This document shows positions 11,830 to 23,670 of a stretch of DNA of 64,000 nt, in pieces (the first letter of the stretch is position 1; each line of letters begins with the position of its first letter). Position numbers and translations under genes: made by a program. This stretch comes from Torpedo marmorata. Its lineage: Eukaryota. Location of the stretch: positions 26,288,001 to 26,352,000 of the forward strand of contig OZ360232.1 of the NCBI GenBank assembly GCA_977017645.1, given 5' to 3'. The notes below the pieces were generated by a model. That model made no database searches. It was not told where the DNA came from and was given only the letters and a program-made list of their open reading frames with translations.

Positions 11830-13375
11830 CTTATTCCCCAATCTGGGTCTGTAAGGAGCCAATATTCACCCTTACTAATCTTTTTCTTTATATATATCTT
11901 TATCTATTTAAATGCCCAATGTCAGTAGAAGGGGAAATGCTGGAATCTATCGTGAAAGGTGTGATAAATTAACACCTTGAAAGAATAAAATATTGAGTTG
12001 AATCAGTCTGGACTTATGAAAGGCAAATCGTGTTCAGCTGATCCCTGTAAGTTTTCTGAGGATGTGACAAGAAGAATTGATGTTGGAGAGCCGGAGGCTG
12101 TGGTGTATTTAGATTTACAACAGGTTTTCAATCAGGTCTGACATGGGAGGTTGATCAATGAGTTTGGAGCACATGGAACTGTGGGTAATATAACTCGCAT
12201 GGATGAGCCGTAATGTGAACAGAAAGTGTTGAGTAAAAATAAATGGGCCTTTTTCAGGTAATGACGAGTAGGGTACTGCAAGGATCGATGTTTGTGACCC
12301 AGTTATTCACAGTCTGCATCAGCAATTTGGGAGAAAAGGCTATCTCCATATTCCCAAGTTTACTGTTGACACAAACATAGCCTGTGATTGTGAATAATGT
12401 GGAGGATGTAAAGTGGATTCAACAGAAAATAAACATGTTAAAATGGTAATAAGATCAACACTGTACACATGCCATTTAGAAAATGTGAGGTCATTCCTTC
12501 TGGAACACAAAGAAGAAATGTAATGTATTTTTTAAATGCTAAGAAAATGGGACCAAAAGACTTGTTTATCCTTTTACATGTGTCACTGAGAGGTATTATA
12601 CAATTCCGGCAAGCAATTGGAAAGATAAACAGTTTGCTGGTTTTCATTATGAGAGGATCTCAGCACAGGAATAAAGAGGTCTTATTGCAATAATGTAGGT
12701 CCGTGGTGAAAACATACAAGGAGCATGATTTAGAGTTCTGTACCTTCTTACCTGAAAAAGGATGTACTTGCCAGAGGAAGTGCAACAAAGATTGACACAG
12801 AGGGTTGAATAAACATGGCGTTTAGAGCTTGAGTCAACCTGAATGCTCGGACAATATTTCCCCTGATAATGGAGTCGATGGTTGATGATGGAGGAAAGGT
12901 CACAGTTTTAGTAAAAGGGGTAGGTCAGCTTTAGGAAGGATGCCATTAACTGGGAAGGGTGCAGGAAAGATTGACAAGGATGTTACCAGGACCAGAGGAC
13001 CTTCAGAGGGTTATGTGTTAAATGTAGGAAAATGAGAACAGCTCAGGTGGACAACTTGGTCAGTGTGGATGAGTTGGGCCACAGAGCCTGTGCTTCCATC
13101 CTGTATGGGTCCGTGACTGAAATTAAGAGAAATTTCTTCATTCTGAAAGTGATGAATCTTCTGAATTCTATATGCTGGAGGACTGCTGAGATTTAATTAT
13201 TGAGTTAATTCAAAATAGAAATTGATGAATTTGTAGATATTGAGGAATTCAAATGATATGGGAATGGTGAAGGAAAACAGCACTGAGGTTAAAGATTAAA
13301 AAAGATCTCAATGATGGGTAGAATAAGCTGGAAGAATCAGACGGCCTAATTCCTGCTTCTAAATACCGATGTTCT
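11830..13375 (+). mobile_element. Degraded CR1 LINE fragments (RT and 3'UTR; more than one copy)
   Basis: Remnants of MLESI, KGKSC, VVYLD, GVLQGS, KCEVI and CR1 3'UTR ggcctaattcctgcttct; heavily interrupted; the first ~80 bp are opposite-strand CR1. Confidence 0.7.
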
Positions 13376-13549
13376 GCAGCCTTCTCCCTTATGCTTGTAA
13401 ATTTCTAATTTTTTCCCAATAATATCAGATATATAAAATGTATGGAACATTAATTGAACCATGCATGCATGGAATATGATGATCAGCCCCTGACTCAATA
13501 CTATAAAAACTAGTGTGACAATTGGAAAAATGGTAGATTGACTTTGAAG

Positions 13550-14451
13550 AGCCCACTGATCTACTCACTCTACACCCATGACTGTGTGGCTATGCAAAAT
13601 TCAAATGCTATCTACAAATTTGCCAATGACAACATAGTTGTCAGCAGAACCACAAACAGCAATGAGAAGCATACAGGAGGGAGAAAGATCAACTAGTTGA
13701 GTGGTGACACAACAACAACCTTGCACTCAACATTAGCAAAACTAAATAGATGATTGTGGACTTCAGGAGGAAATCAGGAGAACACGACCCAGTCCTCATT
13801 GAGGAGTCAGCAGTGGAGAGGGTCAAGCACTTCAAATTCCTGGGTGTCAACATCTCCAAGGATCTGTACTGGAGCCTCCATGTTGATACAGTCACGAAAA
13901 AGGCTCGCCAGCGGCTATACTGTGTGAGAAATTCGAGGAGATTCAGTATGTCAGCGAAGACTCTCGAAAACTTCTACAGGTGTACCGTGAAGAGCATTCT
14001 GGCTGGTTGCGTCACTGCCTGGTATGGAGGCGCCAACTCCCAGGACAAGACTAAACTCCAGAGGGTTGTTAACTCGGCCTGTGACATCACGGGCACCAAA
14101 CTTCACTCCATCGAGGACAGCTACATGAGGTGGTGTCTTAAAAAGCAGCCTCTATCCTCACAGACCCCCACCACCCAGGCCATGCCCTCTTCACTCTGCT
14201 TCCATCGGGAAAAAGGTACAGGAGCCTAAAGACGACCACTCAGTGGCACAAGGACAGCTTCTTCCCTGTTGCCATCAGATTCCTGAATGAATAATGAATC
14301 ACAGACACTGCCTTACTTTGACTTTTTCTTTTTCTTGCACTATTTTTATTTATTTTGTAAGGTGGTTTACATAAATGTTTGTTTGCACTGTGATGCTGCA
14401 GCAAAACAATGCATTTCGTGACATGTTCATGACAATAAATTCTGATTCTGA
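13550..14451 (+). mobile_element. Rex1/Babar LINE, 5'-truncated (~0.9 kb)
   Basis: YTHDC; ORF 13750-14229 MIVDFRRKSGEHDPV...; near-identical to 4165-5044; tail aataaattctgattctgaa. Confidence 0.93.
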
Positions 14452-14664
14452 ATCATATCAGAATTATAAGTTTACATCTATCAGGAAAGGCTGAACATGG
14501 TATGCTTGTTGTACCCAGAACATAACAGACTACAAAGCGATCTGATATTTGGAAGTTAAACTGGGTAGCTGAAGAGTTTTAGGTAGTCTCTTAAAATCTT
14601 GCAGGGAATTTAAAGGAACCTTCTCCCCCAAATAATGGCCTGAATCTGGAGACCCGAGTCATAA

Positions 14665-14883
14665 GTGCAATGCCTAAAAGTGCTGCAGAAACTCAGCAGT
14701 TCACGCAGTGTCTATAGGAAGCTGTCCCTGCCTGCTTCTTGCTCATACCGTGACGAAGAGCCCAGGCCCAAAATGTTGGTTATATCCCTTTGCTTCCTAT
14801 GGACACTGCATGTCTGCTGAGTTTCTCCAGCATTTTTGTGTATTGCACCACAATAACAACGTCTGCAGACTTTCCTGTTTGAC
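14665..14883 (+). mobile_element. Penelope-like end, fold-back form, with degenerate hammerhead-like motif
   Basis: Inverted arms 14665-14722 and 14792-14848 flank gtgacgaagagcccaggcccaaaatgttgg; 3' end tctgcagactttcctgttt as in sister copies. Confidence 0.7.
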
Positions 14884-14974
14884 CCTCGTTATTAGGATTG
14901 TTTGACAGAAACTGCATGGATAGATTAAGGTAGGATAAAGAAAGCTGATTGGGTGGATCTCATCTGACAAAATA

Positions 14975-15772
14975 CATTGGACAACAATTTCTTTCATTAG
15001 GTTTGCTTCCTGAATAAAAATGGGGATTATGTTAGACAACTTCAAGATTAACACAAAGAATATTTCAGATTTGCTGTATCACGTATGAAGTTGGAGAAAC
15101 ATTAAATTAACTTTTTATTGAATTTAGCATGTTTAATCGCATAATAATGCTGGCACATTGCGTTCATTCAACTGACATAAAAATGTTTTGTCGCTGATTT
15201 TCGTTTGTACTCTGTATCTGATGCCACTCATGCCAGTGTCCATCAATAGTCGGCCAGCATTGACGGATTTCAGTTGCCCTGATACCGCTTTTCCATGGTT
15301 GTAATATCATGGTGAAATCTTTCACCATGTTCATCACTGACTGCACCAAGATCAGCAGGGAAGTACAAATGCGAATGCAGAGAATGAATTTTTAATGACA
15401 TGTTTCAGTTCATGATTTTGTATGCTTGAAGCATGTTGCCAATCAGCTAGATGTAGTTTGGTGCTCTGTATTTGCCAAGAAAATTCACAACAACATCTTT
15501 AAATGCCTTCCATGCTATTTAGGCCTAAAACAACATTTGTATAGCACCTGCACTGAGTGCATGCCCAGGCCTGCTTGGATTGACCAAAGCAGCTTGCTTT
15601 GTGGGCAATATACTAGTAGGCTGAAAATATGACAGGAAATCACAAAATTATGTAAAATCTAAAAAAAATGGTATGTGATAGGAAAATTTTAAGGTGATTT
15701 TCGTGATCAGCAGCTCAAAATGCATACAATACACCCAAAAGTGTTCAGGAAGCAAATTCTTCGTTTCCAGTG
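14975..15772 (-). mobile_element. Internally deleted Chapaev3-like (CMC superfamily) DNA transposon
   Basis: Termini CATTGGA.../...TCCAGTG, 3-bp TSD ATA (14972-14974 and 15773-15775), shared subterminal TTTGCTTCCTGAA, transposase remnant inside. The family name comes from my recollection of motif and TSD, not a search. Confidence 0.78.
15180..15519 (-). pseudogene. DDE transposase C-terminal remnant (Chapaev3-like)
   Basis: Hand translation: IAWKAFKDVVVNFLGKYRAPNYI*LIGNMLQAYKIMN*NMSLKIHSLHSHLYFPADLGAVSDEHGERFHHDITTMEKRYQGN*NPSMLADY*WTLA*VASDTEYKRKSATKHF; several stops, so absent from the ORF track. Confidence 0.85.
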
Positions 15773-15914
15773 ATATCTGTCAAATCTGTGGGCTGCGGAA
15801 CAGCTACATTGGATCCAGAGCTACATTATGAACTACTGCTTCCCCAGGTTTACAGCAACTATTGACGAACGGGGAAGTGGACTACACCAAGCTGTGATGG
15901 CATCTTCATCAAAT

Positions 15915-16150
15915 GGGCGGCACGGACAGCGCCAGTGATCGGGACAGGGGTTCGAATCCCGTGCTGTCTGTCAGGAGTTTGTACGTTCTCCCCGAGTCTG
16001 CATGGGTTTTCCGTGGGGGCTCCGGATTCCTCCCACCGTTCAAAACGTACTGGGGGTGTAGGTTAATTGGGTGTAAATTGGGCAGCATGGACTCGTGGAC
16101 TGAAATAGCCTGTTACAGTGCTGTATGTCTAAATTTAAACATTTAAAAAA
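15915..16150 (+). mobile_element. tRNA-derived V-SINE (HE1-like)
   Basis: gggcggcacgg head, B box ggttcgaatccc, V-domain, AT-rich taaatttaa tail. Confidence 0.85.
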
Positions 16151-16703
16151 ATCAATCTGGTGGGATAGAAAAGCTCAGAAGCAAGAACTGTTTTTCCTTA
16201 AATGCTTCTTTCAAATTTATGGGCAATCCCATGGAAACCAGGCAAAAATTCCTGTTGAATGATCAATTCACATCAACAAGAACCAAAAAACAGCAAGAAT
16301 AAAATTCATCTTAGCCAGTTATCCAAAATACCCCAGCAGTTTCAAACTGAATGCTGAAAAAGAAAACTTCTCTGTCTTGCTATCTTTCGTCATGAATAAT
16401 TTCTCCCAATTTGTCTCTTTTTAGAGTGCAGATCACATTGGAAAAAGTCCAACAACAGGCAAAGAATACAAAGACTATAGGAAATAAGCCTCAAAAAAAA
16501 GGCAATTGGACCAGCAAAAGGCATCCACAAGAAGACTGAGAAACCAAATTTATAAAAGAGGCGATTGTATCAGGTTAACGAATAAAAAGTTCCATTAGAG
16601 GGGAAATTAAATTGAACATTGTTGAGAAATCATATACGTAAAGATCATGAACTTGAAAGGTAGGGAGGGGCCAGCTTGGAATTAACTTGGCTGAACAAAA
16701 ATA

Positions 16704-16950
16704 CAGTAAACCCCCAGTATCTGGTCACCAGCCAGTAAGTCCAACGAAACTAGCAACCCTTATGTTGGTAGATGCCGGATAACTGAATTTTCTGGTTGCT
16801 TGAGATTGCGTGTTGTGTGGATTGGCAAATTAACGGCGAGGTGCACCAATTTTAAACCTGTCTTTTTTACCTATTTAATTTTCCGCGATTTTATTGCCAG
16901 CTGCTTGAGGCTGCTGGTTGCTTGAATTCTGGATAACAGAGGATTTACTG
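16704..16950. mobile_element. Tc1/mariner (Tigger-type) MITE with an internal templated insertion
   Basis: TA-CAGTAAACCCCC...GAGGATTTACTG-TA; body matches 6858-7074 except 16725-16769. Confidence 0.88.
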
Positions 16951-17309
16951 TAATAGTTTTAAATTAAATGTAGTGCAACAGTGGCATACTAGTTTCATGC
17001 ATGTAATCTGCTTTCATTAAGAAGTAAGTAAGGCAAGGTGTATAGCCATATTGGAGTTTTTCCTGATGATTTTTGCATGGACAAATTTGTCAAGTTGAAC
17101 CCATTGAAGGACCAGCACATCAGTCTTACAGCAGGCATTGCTGTTCATGATTAGCTAGCATATTCTAGCATATTAGAATAAACATGTGAATGTTAATGAA
17201 CTTCACCCTGACTTTATTGACCTTAACTATCAATGAGCATGCATAAATTTGCAAATTCCTCAAATATCCAATCATTAATTACAAGGACTGGCAACAGAAG
17301 AGAACTGTG

Positions 17310-17580
17310 GACTTGCATTGCCAGAGACCCAGATTCAATCCTATCCTCTGCAACCAGCTGCGTGGAGTTTGCACATTGTCTCCCTGTGTTTGCATGGGGC
17401 TTATTCCAGGTGCTCTGGTTTCCTACCACATCCCAAAGACACACATGAGATGGTATTTAATTGGCCCCTGTATAATGCCCAAAATAGGAAGAAAAAAAAT
17501 GGGATTAATGCGGAAATAGTGTAAATGGGTGGTTGATGGTTGAAGTGGTCTTAGTGGACCTGGTTCCATGTTATATCTTT
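17310..17580 (+). mobile_element. Older V-SINE
   Basis: gccagagacccagattcaatcc followed by gtggagtttgcacattgtctccctgtgtttgcatggg...ttcctaccacatcccaaagac. Confidence 0.7.
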
Positions 17581-18914
17581 CAAAGGCTATTTCATCCTAT
17601 GTCCAACTCACACCGTTTGTTCCTTAGCATGAAAAAGGATGATCTCATGAACAATTCATGATTATCAGTGGGAAACACTGAAGAAATTGTCTGTGAAATC
17701 ATTCCTCTGGCATCCATAATGCCTTTGTTTTACGGGTATTGAATAATATCCAATTACAAGGCAAAGAATCTGACATAAATTATACAAAATAAATAACAAT
17801 TGCTCACATAATTCAGTAAATGGAATAATTCCTTTTCGGAGTTTTAGCAAAGACATCAACCATTTTGTGGACAGGAAACCAAGGCAATCAGTGAATTCTA
17901 TTTCATACAATTATTAAACAACATCAAATTCTACTTGATGAATATCCGCATATTATTCATTTACTGTCTGCCCCAACAATTTCCATTGTGCTGCTGATGA
18001 TTTTTGAGATTGTTAAAAGGCTTTTGAATTTTATCCTTTGACTTTCTGAGAATCTTGGGTGAAAAACTAAATGCATGATCCATAGGATAAGTCTCGCAGA
18101 AGAATAGTGGAGGAGCAATGACTCCACTGCAATGCGTACATGTAATGTGGCAGATTGTTACAAGGGTTGCCAGGAATTTAGAAAGCCTGCTTTTACGAAA
18201 GCCTTGAAAAAAAAAAATGCTTAAAAGCATCCAAATCATTGCTCTTTCCATTCCGTCTTATTCCTTTGTGAGAGAAATAGAAGTTGATTAACAGAAAGCA
18301 GCAGGGTGGCAAACTAATGACAAAAGAGGAAGGATAATCACAACTATATCTGTAATATAGATTTTACAACCCTCTAACACTACATCAACTCCTGCAATTA
18401 CACTTTTCTATTTCTGTATCACCAAGCAAAAGAGACGGTTTCTTTGTTCCTCCCTGATCCTCTCATGATTCTCAAATGTTGTTATTGCTCCATTCCAGTG
18501 TGAATCTTCTTCCTCGCTCTTTCCTCACCTTCTCTGCCCTCTGTTTCCTCTACCTCCATTCTTTCCCTCTTACACATTGACTCTGTCCTTTTCCATTTCT
18601 GACATTGTTTGTCTCTCCCCTTCATTGTTGTGTGCCTGAACAAGCATCAATACAAAGGATTTACTGAAATGAGTGTAATTTCAACAATTCTTTCCAGTTT
18701 TCCTTAGGAAACTGGGTAATATTTCTCCCTATCCTTCCATACTTCTGTTCCCTACTTCTCACCTGACCTGCATTAATTTGCAGCTCACCTCCTCCTGAAT
18801 ATTTTGGTCTCTTTACCTTTGGAAATCCAAGCTACAATGTCAGGTGGGCCCGACTTCTGCTCACCAGTCACTAAGTCCAACGAAACTAGCAACCCTTATG
18901 TTGGTTTCCAATTG

Positions 18915-19260
18915 AACATTAGAACATTAAAAGGTTAGAGTAGGATTTGGGCAACCTGACTTCTGAGTCTGCTCTACCATTTATTACAATGTTCTACCTC
19001 TGTGCCATTTTCAAATACTATTCTCATATCCCTTAATTCTCTTAAATATTCAGAAATCTATCAATCTCAGTTTTGAATGAGCACAGTGACTGAGGCTCCA
19101 CACCCCTCTTGGTTAGGGAAATCCAGATGATCTCCATCCTCTAGTGAAAGGAATTTCTCTTCATCTCATTCCTAAATACTCTGCCATGTTGAATTCTGAA
19201 ACCATGTCCTTTGGTCCTCAAATCATGAATTATGGCAAAAATCCTCCCTGTCTAGCCTCC
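18915..19260 (-). mobile_element. Old CR1 LINE 3' fragment
   Basis: agaacattagaacatt tail and CR1 3'UTR motifs (aatctatcaatctcagttttgaa, gaaggaatttctcttcatctc). Confidence 0.6.
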
Positions 19261-19899
19261 AAAGTCTTTTAACTTTTTTTTTGAGAGCTGGAATAAATGA
19301 ACTTCTAGACATAATCTTACTGCCCATTCGTAATGCTTGTAATTCCAAGACTGTGTATAGTATGACCTCCAAATGGACCACCAATATTTGAAATGTCCCC
19401 ATTCATTATGATTCCAGATTCCCTCACTTACTTTGATATTACACACTAGAATTAAATACTTACAGGTATGTTGAATTGTGTGGGTTAATATTGAATGCAT
19501 TAAGATAACTAAATGGCCTTCACCATCTTGAATTTCTAAATATTCCCCTTTAGTTATTTGGTTCAGTGTTTCTTTGTTATAAAAATGGTGGAAGCAAGGT
19601 ACAGAAGGCATATGGTTCAGTGGGATTTGTGTAGATAGGTACAGTGGTGGCATGGACCCATGGACCAAGGGCCTGTTGCTGTGCTCTATGTATCTATGAC
19701 TCAATGAGAAGTAATAATTAAAATAGGATCCAATAACAGAGTATTAGGCCTGATAAATAGACTGTGTGAGATGCTGTTCACTTCCTCACTTGGTGGAATC
19801 AATAAACAACATGGAATGTTCCTTTATAAAATTATTTTTTGTTCTCGGGCAGTATTTAATTATTATCAGCCTATACCACCTGGAGGGGCGTAAAACACG

Positions 19900-20358
19900 A
19901 CATCAATTTGATCTGTGATGAAACACATTTTAGGAAGTGTGAATTGACACTGGAAGATGCAATAAATGGAAGGATATCAAGTGGGTGGAAGAACTGAATG
20001 ACCTTATTGTTTATATTTTTAAAGGTATCAGTATAAGAGTGTTAAAATGCAAATGAAATGCTTTCCTTACTGAATGAGGTCTAAAATCTAAGCGCAGGGT
20101 AGGTTATGTTAAGAAGGAATACATCACTAGTTAACCTCAGTTTTGAATACTGCACATAATTCCCGTCACCAAATTACTGCAGGAGCTTGATTGCATTGCA
20201 GAAAATGCAGAGGAGATCCACAAAGATGTTGCTAAGACTGAAAAAAAAGTTATGAGAACAAGTTAGATAAGTTAGATTTGCTTTCTTTGAAATAGAGAAG
20301 GCAACGGGAAGACTTAACTGAGATGAATAATGTTATGAACAGCCTTGATAGAGGGATA
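19900..20358 (+). mobile_element. Old CR1 LINE fragment; continues at ~23400-23670
   Basis: EYC..., MQRRSTKMLL and gagaaggcaacgggaagacttaa (RRxRxDL) remnants; resumes after the younger CR1. Confidence 0.6.
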
Positions 20359-23300
20359 AGACAAGACATAGGAGAAGAAATAGACTATTCAGCCTATCGA
20401 ATCTGCCATTCAATCATGAGCTGATCCATTTTCCCACTCAGCCGCACTGCCCTGCTTTCTCCCCATAACCTTGGATGCCCTGGCTAATCAAGAACCTATC
20501 AATTTCTCTCTTAAACATACCCAATAACTTGGCCTCTACCACTGCCCGTGGCAACAAATTCCACAGATTTTCCACCCTCCGGCTGAAGAAATTTCTCCGC
20601 ACCTCTGTTCTAAGCAGACACTCTTCAATCTTAAAGTTGTGCCCTCTTGTCCTAGACTCTCCCACCATGGGAAACAACCTTTTGACATCTAATCTGTGCA
20701 CGCCTTTCAACATTGGAAATGTTTGTAATGAGAACCTCCCCCCCTCATTCTACTAATTCCAACAAGTACAGGCCAAGAGGTGTCAAACTCTCCTCATTTG
20801 ATAACCCTTTCATTCCCGAAATCATCCTTGTGATCCCCCCCAAACCATCTCCAGCTCATCCTTTCTTAAATAAGGAGCCCAAATCTGTTCATAATACTCC
20901 AAGTGAGGTCTCACCAGTGCCTTTCTAAAGCCTCAACATCACATCCCTGCTCTTATATTTTATTCCTTTTGAAATTAATGCCAGCATTGTATTTGCATTC
21001 TTCAACATTGACTCATCCTGCAAGTTTATTTTCAGGCTATCCTGCATGAGGACTCCCAGGTCCCTTTGCATCTGGATATTTTCAATTTTCTTCCCATTTA
21101 GAAAATAGCCTGTCTGTTTATTTTTTCTACCAAAGCACATGACCATACAATTTCTGACATTGTATGCATTTGCCACTTCTCTGCGCATTCTCCTAATCTG
21201 TCCAAGTCCTTCTGCAGCTTTCCTGTTTCCTCAACATTACCTGCTCCTCCACCTACCTTCGTATCATCTGAAAACTTGGCCACAAAGCCATTTATTCCAT
21301 AATCTAAATCATTAATATACAATATAAAAAGAAGTGGCCCCAACACCGACCCCTGTGGAACACCACTAGCAACTGGCAGCCAACCAAAATATGATCCCTG
21401 TATTCCGACTCTCTGCTTCCTGCCAATCAGCCAATGCTCTATCCATGATAGTATGCTTCCTGTTGTACCATGTGCTCTTATCTCGTTAAGTAGCCTCATA
21501 AGGCTTTCTGAGAATCCAAATACACAACATCCACTGCATCTCCTCTGTCTAGCCTGCTTGTCACTTCTTCAAAGAATTCCAATAGGTTTGTCAAGCAAGA
21601 TTTTCCCTCAAGGAAACAATGCTGGCATTGGTCTATCTTGTCATGTGCATCCAAGTATTCCATAACCTCATCCTTGACAATCGACTCCAACATCTTCCCA
21701 ACCAGTGAGGTCAGGCTAACCAGTTTCTGCTGTCTCTCTCCCTTCTTGAATAGTGGGGTGATATTTGTGATTTGCCAGTCCTCTGGGACCATACCAGAAT
21801 CTATTGATTCCTGAAAGATCATTACCTGTACCAGTGCCTCCACAATCTCTACCGCTACATCTTTCAGAACCCGAGGGTGCAATCCATCTGGTCCAGGAGA
21901 TTTATCCACCCTTAGACCATTCAGCTTTCTGAGCACCTTCTCCCTTGAAATAGTAACTGCACTCACTTGCCTTCCCTGATGCCATTGAACATCTGGCACA
22001 CTGGTAATGTCTTCCACAGTGAAGACTGATGCAAAATACTCATTTAGTTCCTCTGCCATCTCCTTGTCTCCCATCATTATTTCTCCAGCGTCATTTTCTA
22101 GTGGTCCTATATCACCTCTCTTTTTACTCTTTAGACACTTGTAGAAGCTTTTTTATCCTCTTTGATATTATTTGCTAGCCTACTTCATATTTCATCTTTT
22201 CCCACCTCATCAGTTTTTTAGTTGCCTTCTGCAAGTTTTTAAAAACTTCCCAATCCTCTATCTTCCCACTAATTTTTGCTTCCTAATATGTGCTCTCTTT
22301 TGCTCTGATGTTGGCTTTGACTTCCCTTGTCAGCCAGAGTTGTGACATTTTACCATTCAAATATTTCCTCTTTTATTAAATGCACCTTCCTAATTTCTTG
22401 CAGAAACTCCATCCTTTGCTGTTCTGCCATCTTCTCTACTAGTGCCCCCTTCCAATCTACTTTGACCAGTTCTTCTCTCATGCAACTTTAATTCCCTTTA
22501 CTCCACTGAAATACCGACACATCTGACTTTAGTTTCTCCTTGTTAAATCTCAAATTGAACTTTCAATCATATTGTGATCACTGCCCCCTAATGGTTCCTT
22601 TACTCTAAGCTCTCTAATCACCTCTGGTGCATTGCACAACACCCAATCCAGGACAGCCGATCCCCCAGCGGGCTCATCAACAAGCTGCTTTAAAAAGCCA
22701 TCATGTAGGCATTCTACAAATTCTCTCTCTTGAGATCCAGCTCCAACCATGTTTTCCCAATCTAATTGCATGTTAATGACTACCATAACATTGCCCCTCT
22801 GACACACGCCTTTTCAATTTGCTGTTGTAATTTGTTGTACACATCCCAGCTACTGTTTAGATATCTGTATATAGCTGCCAAGTGTCCTTTTACCCTTGCC
22901 ATTTCTTAACTAAACCCACAAGGATTCTATTTCTTCAGATCCTACGTCACCACCAATTTCTTAATGATTTAATGTTATTCCTTACCAACAGAGCCACATC
23001 ACCCTCTCTGCTTACCTGCCTATCCTTTCGATACACTGTCTATCCTTGGACATTCAGCTTCCAATGACATCCATCCTTTAGCCATGACTCCGTGATGGCC
23101 ACAACATCATACCTGCCAATCTTTAGCTGTACTACAGGGTCATCCACTTTATTTCTTTTTAAACATAAAACCTTTAGCCCTGTATTTGTTACTTTATTTG
23201 ACTCTGTGCTCCTGTTTCACTGCAACGCATCCCCATGGCTGCAACTTTGCCCTATCTACCTGCCCTTCCACACAAACACCCTACCAGCTGTCCCTCCTTG

Positions 23301-23403
23301 TGCGTCAACCGCCTCTTCTTCTGCCTCTTCACTTTGGCTCCCACCCCCCGTGAATTTAGTTTAACCCCACCCCTAACAGCATTAGCAAACCTCCCTGCCA
23401 GGA
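20359..23403 (-). mobile_element. CR1 (HER1-like) LINE, ~3 kb, degenerate ORF1 end + ORF2 + 3'UTR
   Basis: ORF1 tail ILAGRFANAVRGG; endonuclease LDWVLCN...GGSDHN; RT KSPGPDGLHPRVLK, GKSCLTNL, DVVYLD, SGVPQGSVLGP, KFSDDTK; C-terminal TRGHNFK and RRNFFS; 3' tail at the low-coordinate end. Confidence 0.95.
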
Positions 23404-23670
23404 TGTATTTTCTTGAGCTGAGATCAAAAAACAAAATATCGAAATAGAACAAAAATCAAAGTGTTTTGAAGAAAATATACCCAAAGAGTGCTAGGGGTCT
23501 GGAGCTAACTGTTCGAAAGAGTGGTAGAGATAGAAACCTTTGTATATAAAGGACGAGGGCTTGAAAAGCTGTGCCCTAGAAGGCTATGGGCTATGCTTTA
23601 ACCTGAGTATCTCTTCTTTGATTATCACTGACGGTTGGTTAAAGGCCTCCTGTGTTGTAAATCTTCCAGA
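23404..23670 (+). mobile_element. 3' part of the old CR1 split by the 20359-23403 insertion
   Basis: ggggtctggagctaactgttcgaaagagtggtagagatagaaacc, ggctatggg and ggcctcctgtgttgtaa are CR1 3'-region motifs. Confidence 0.55.
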
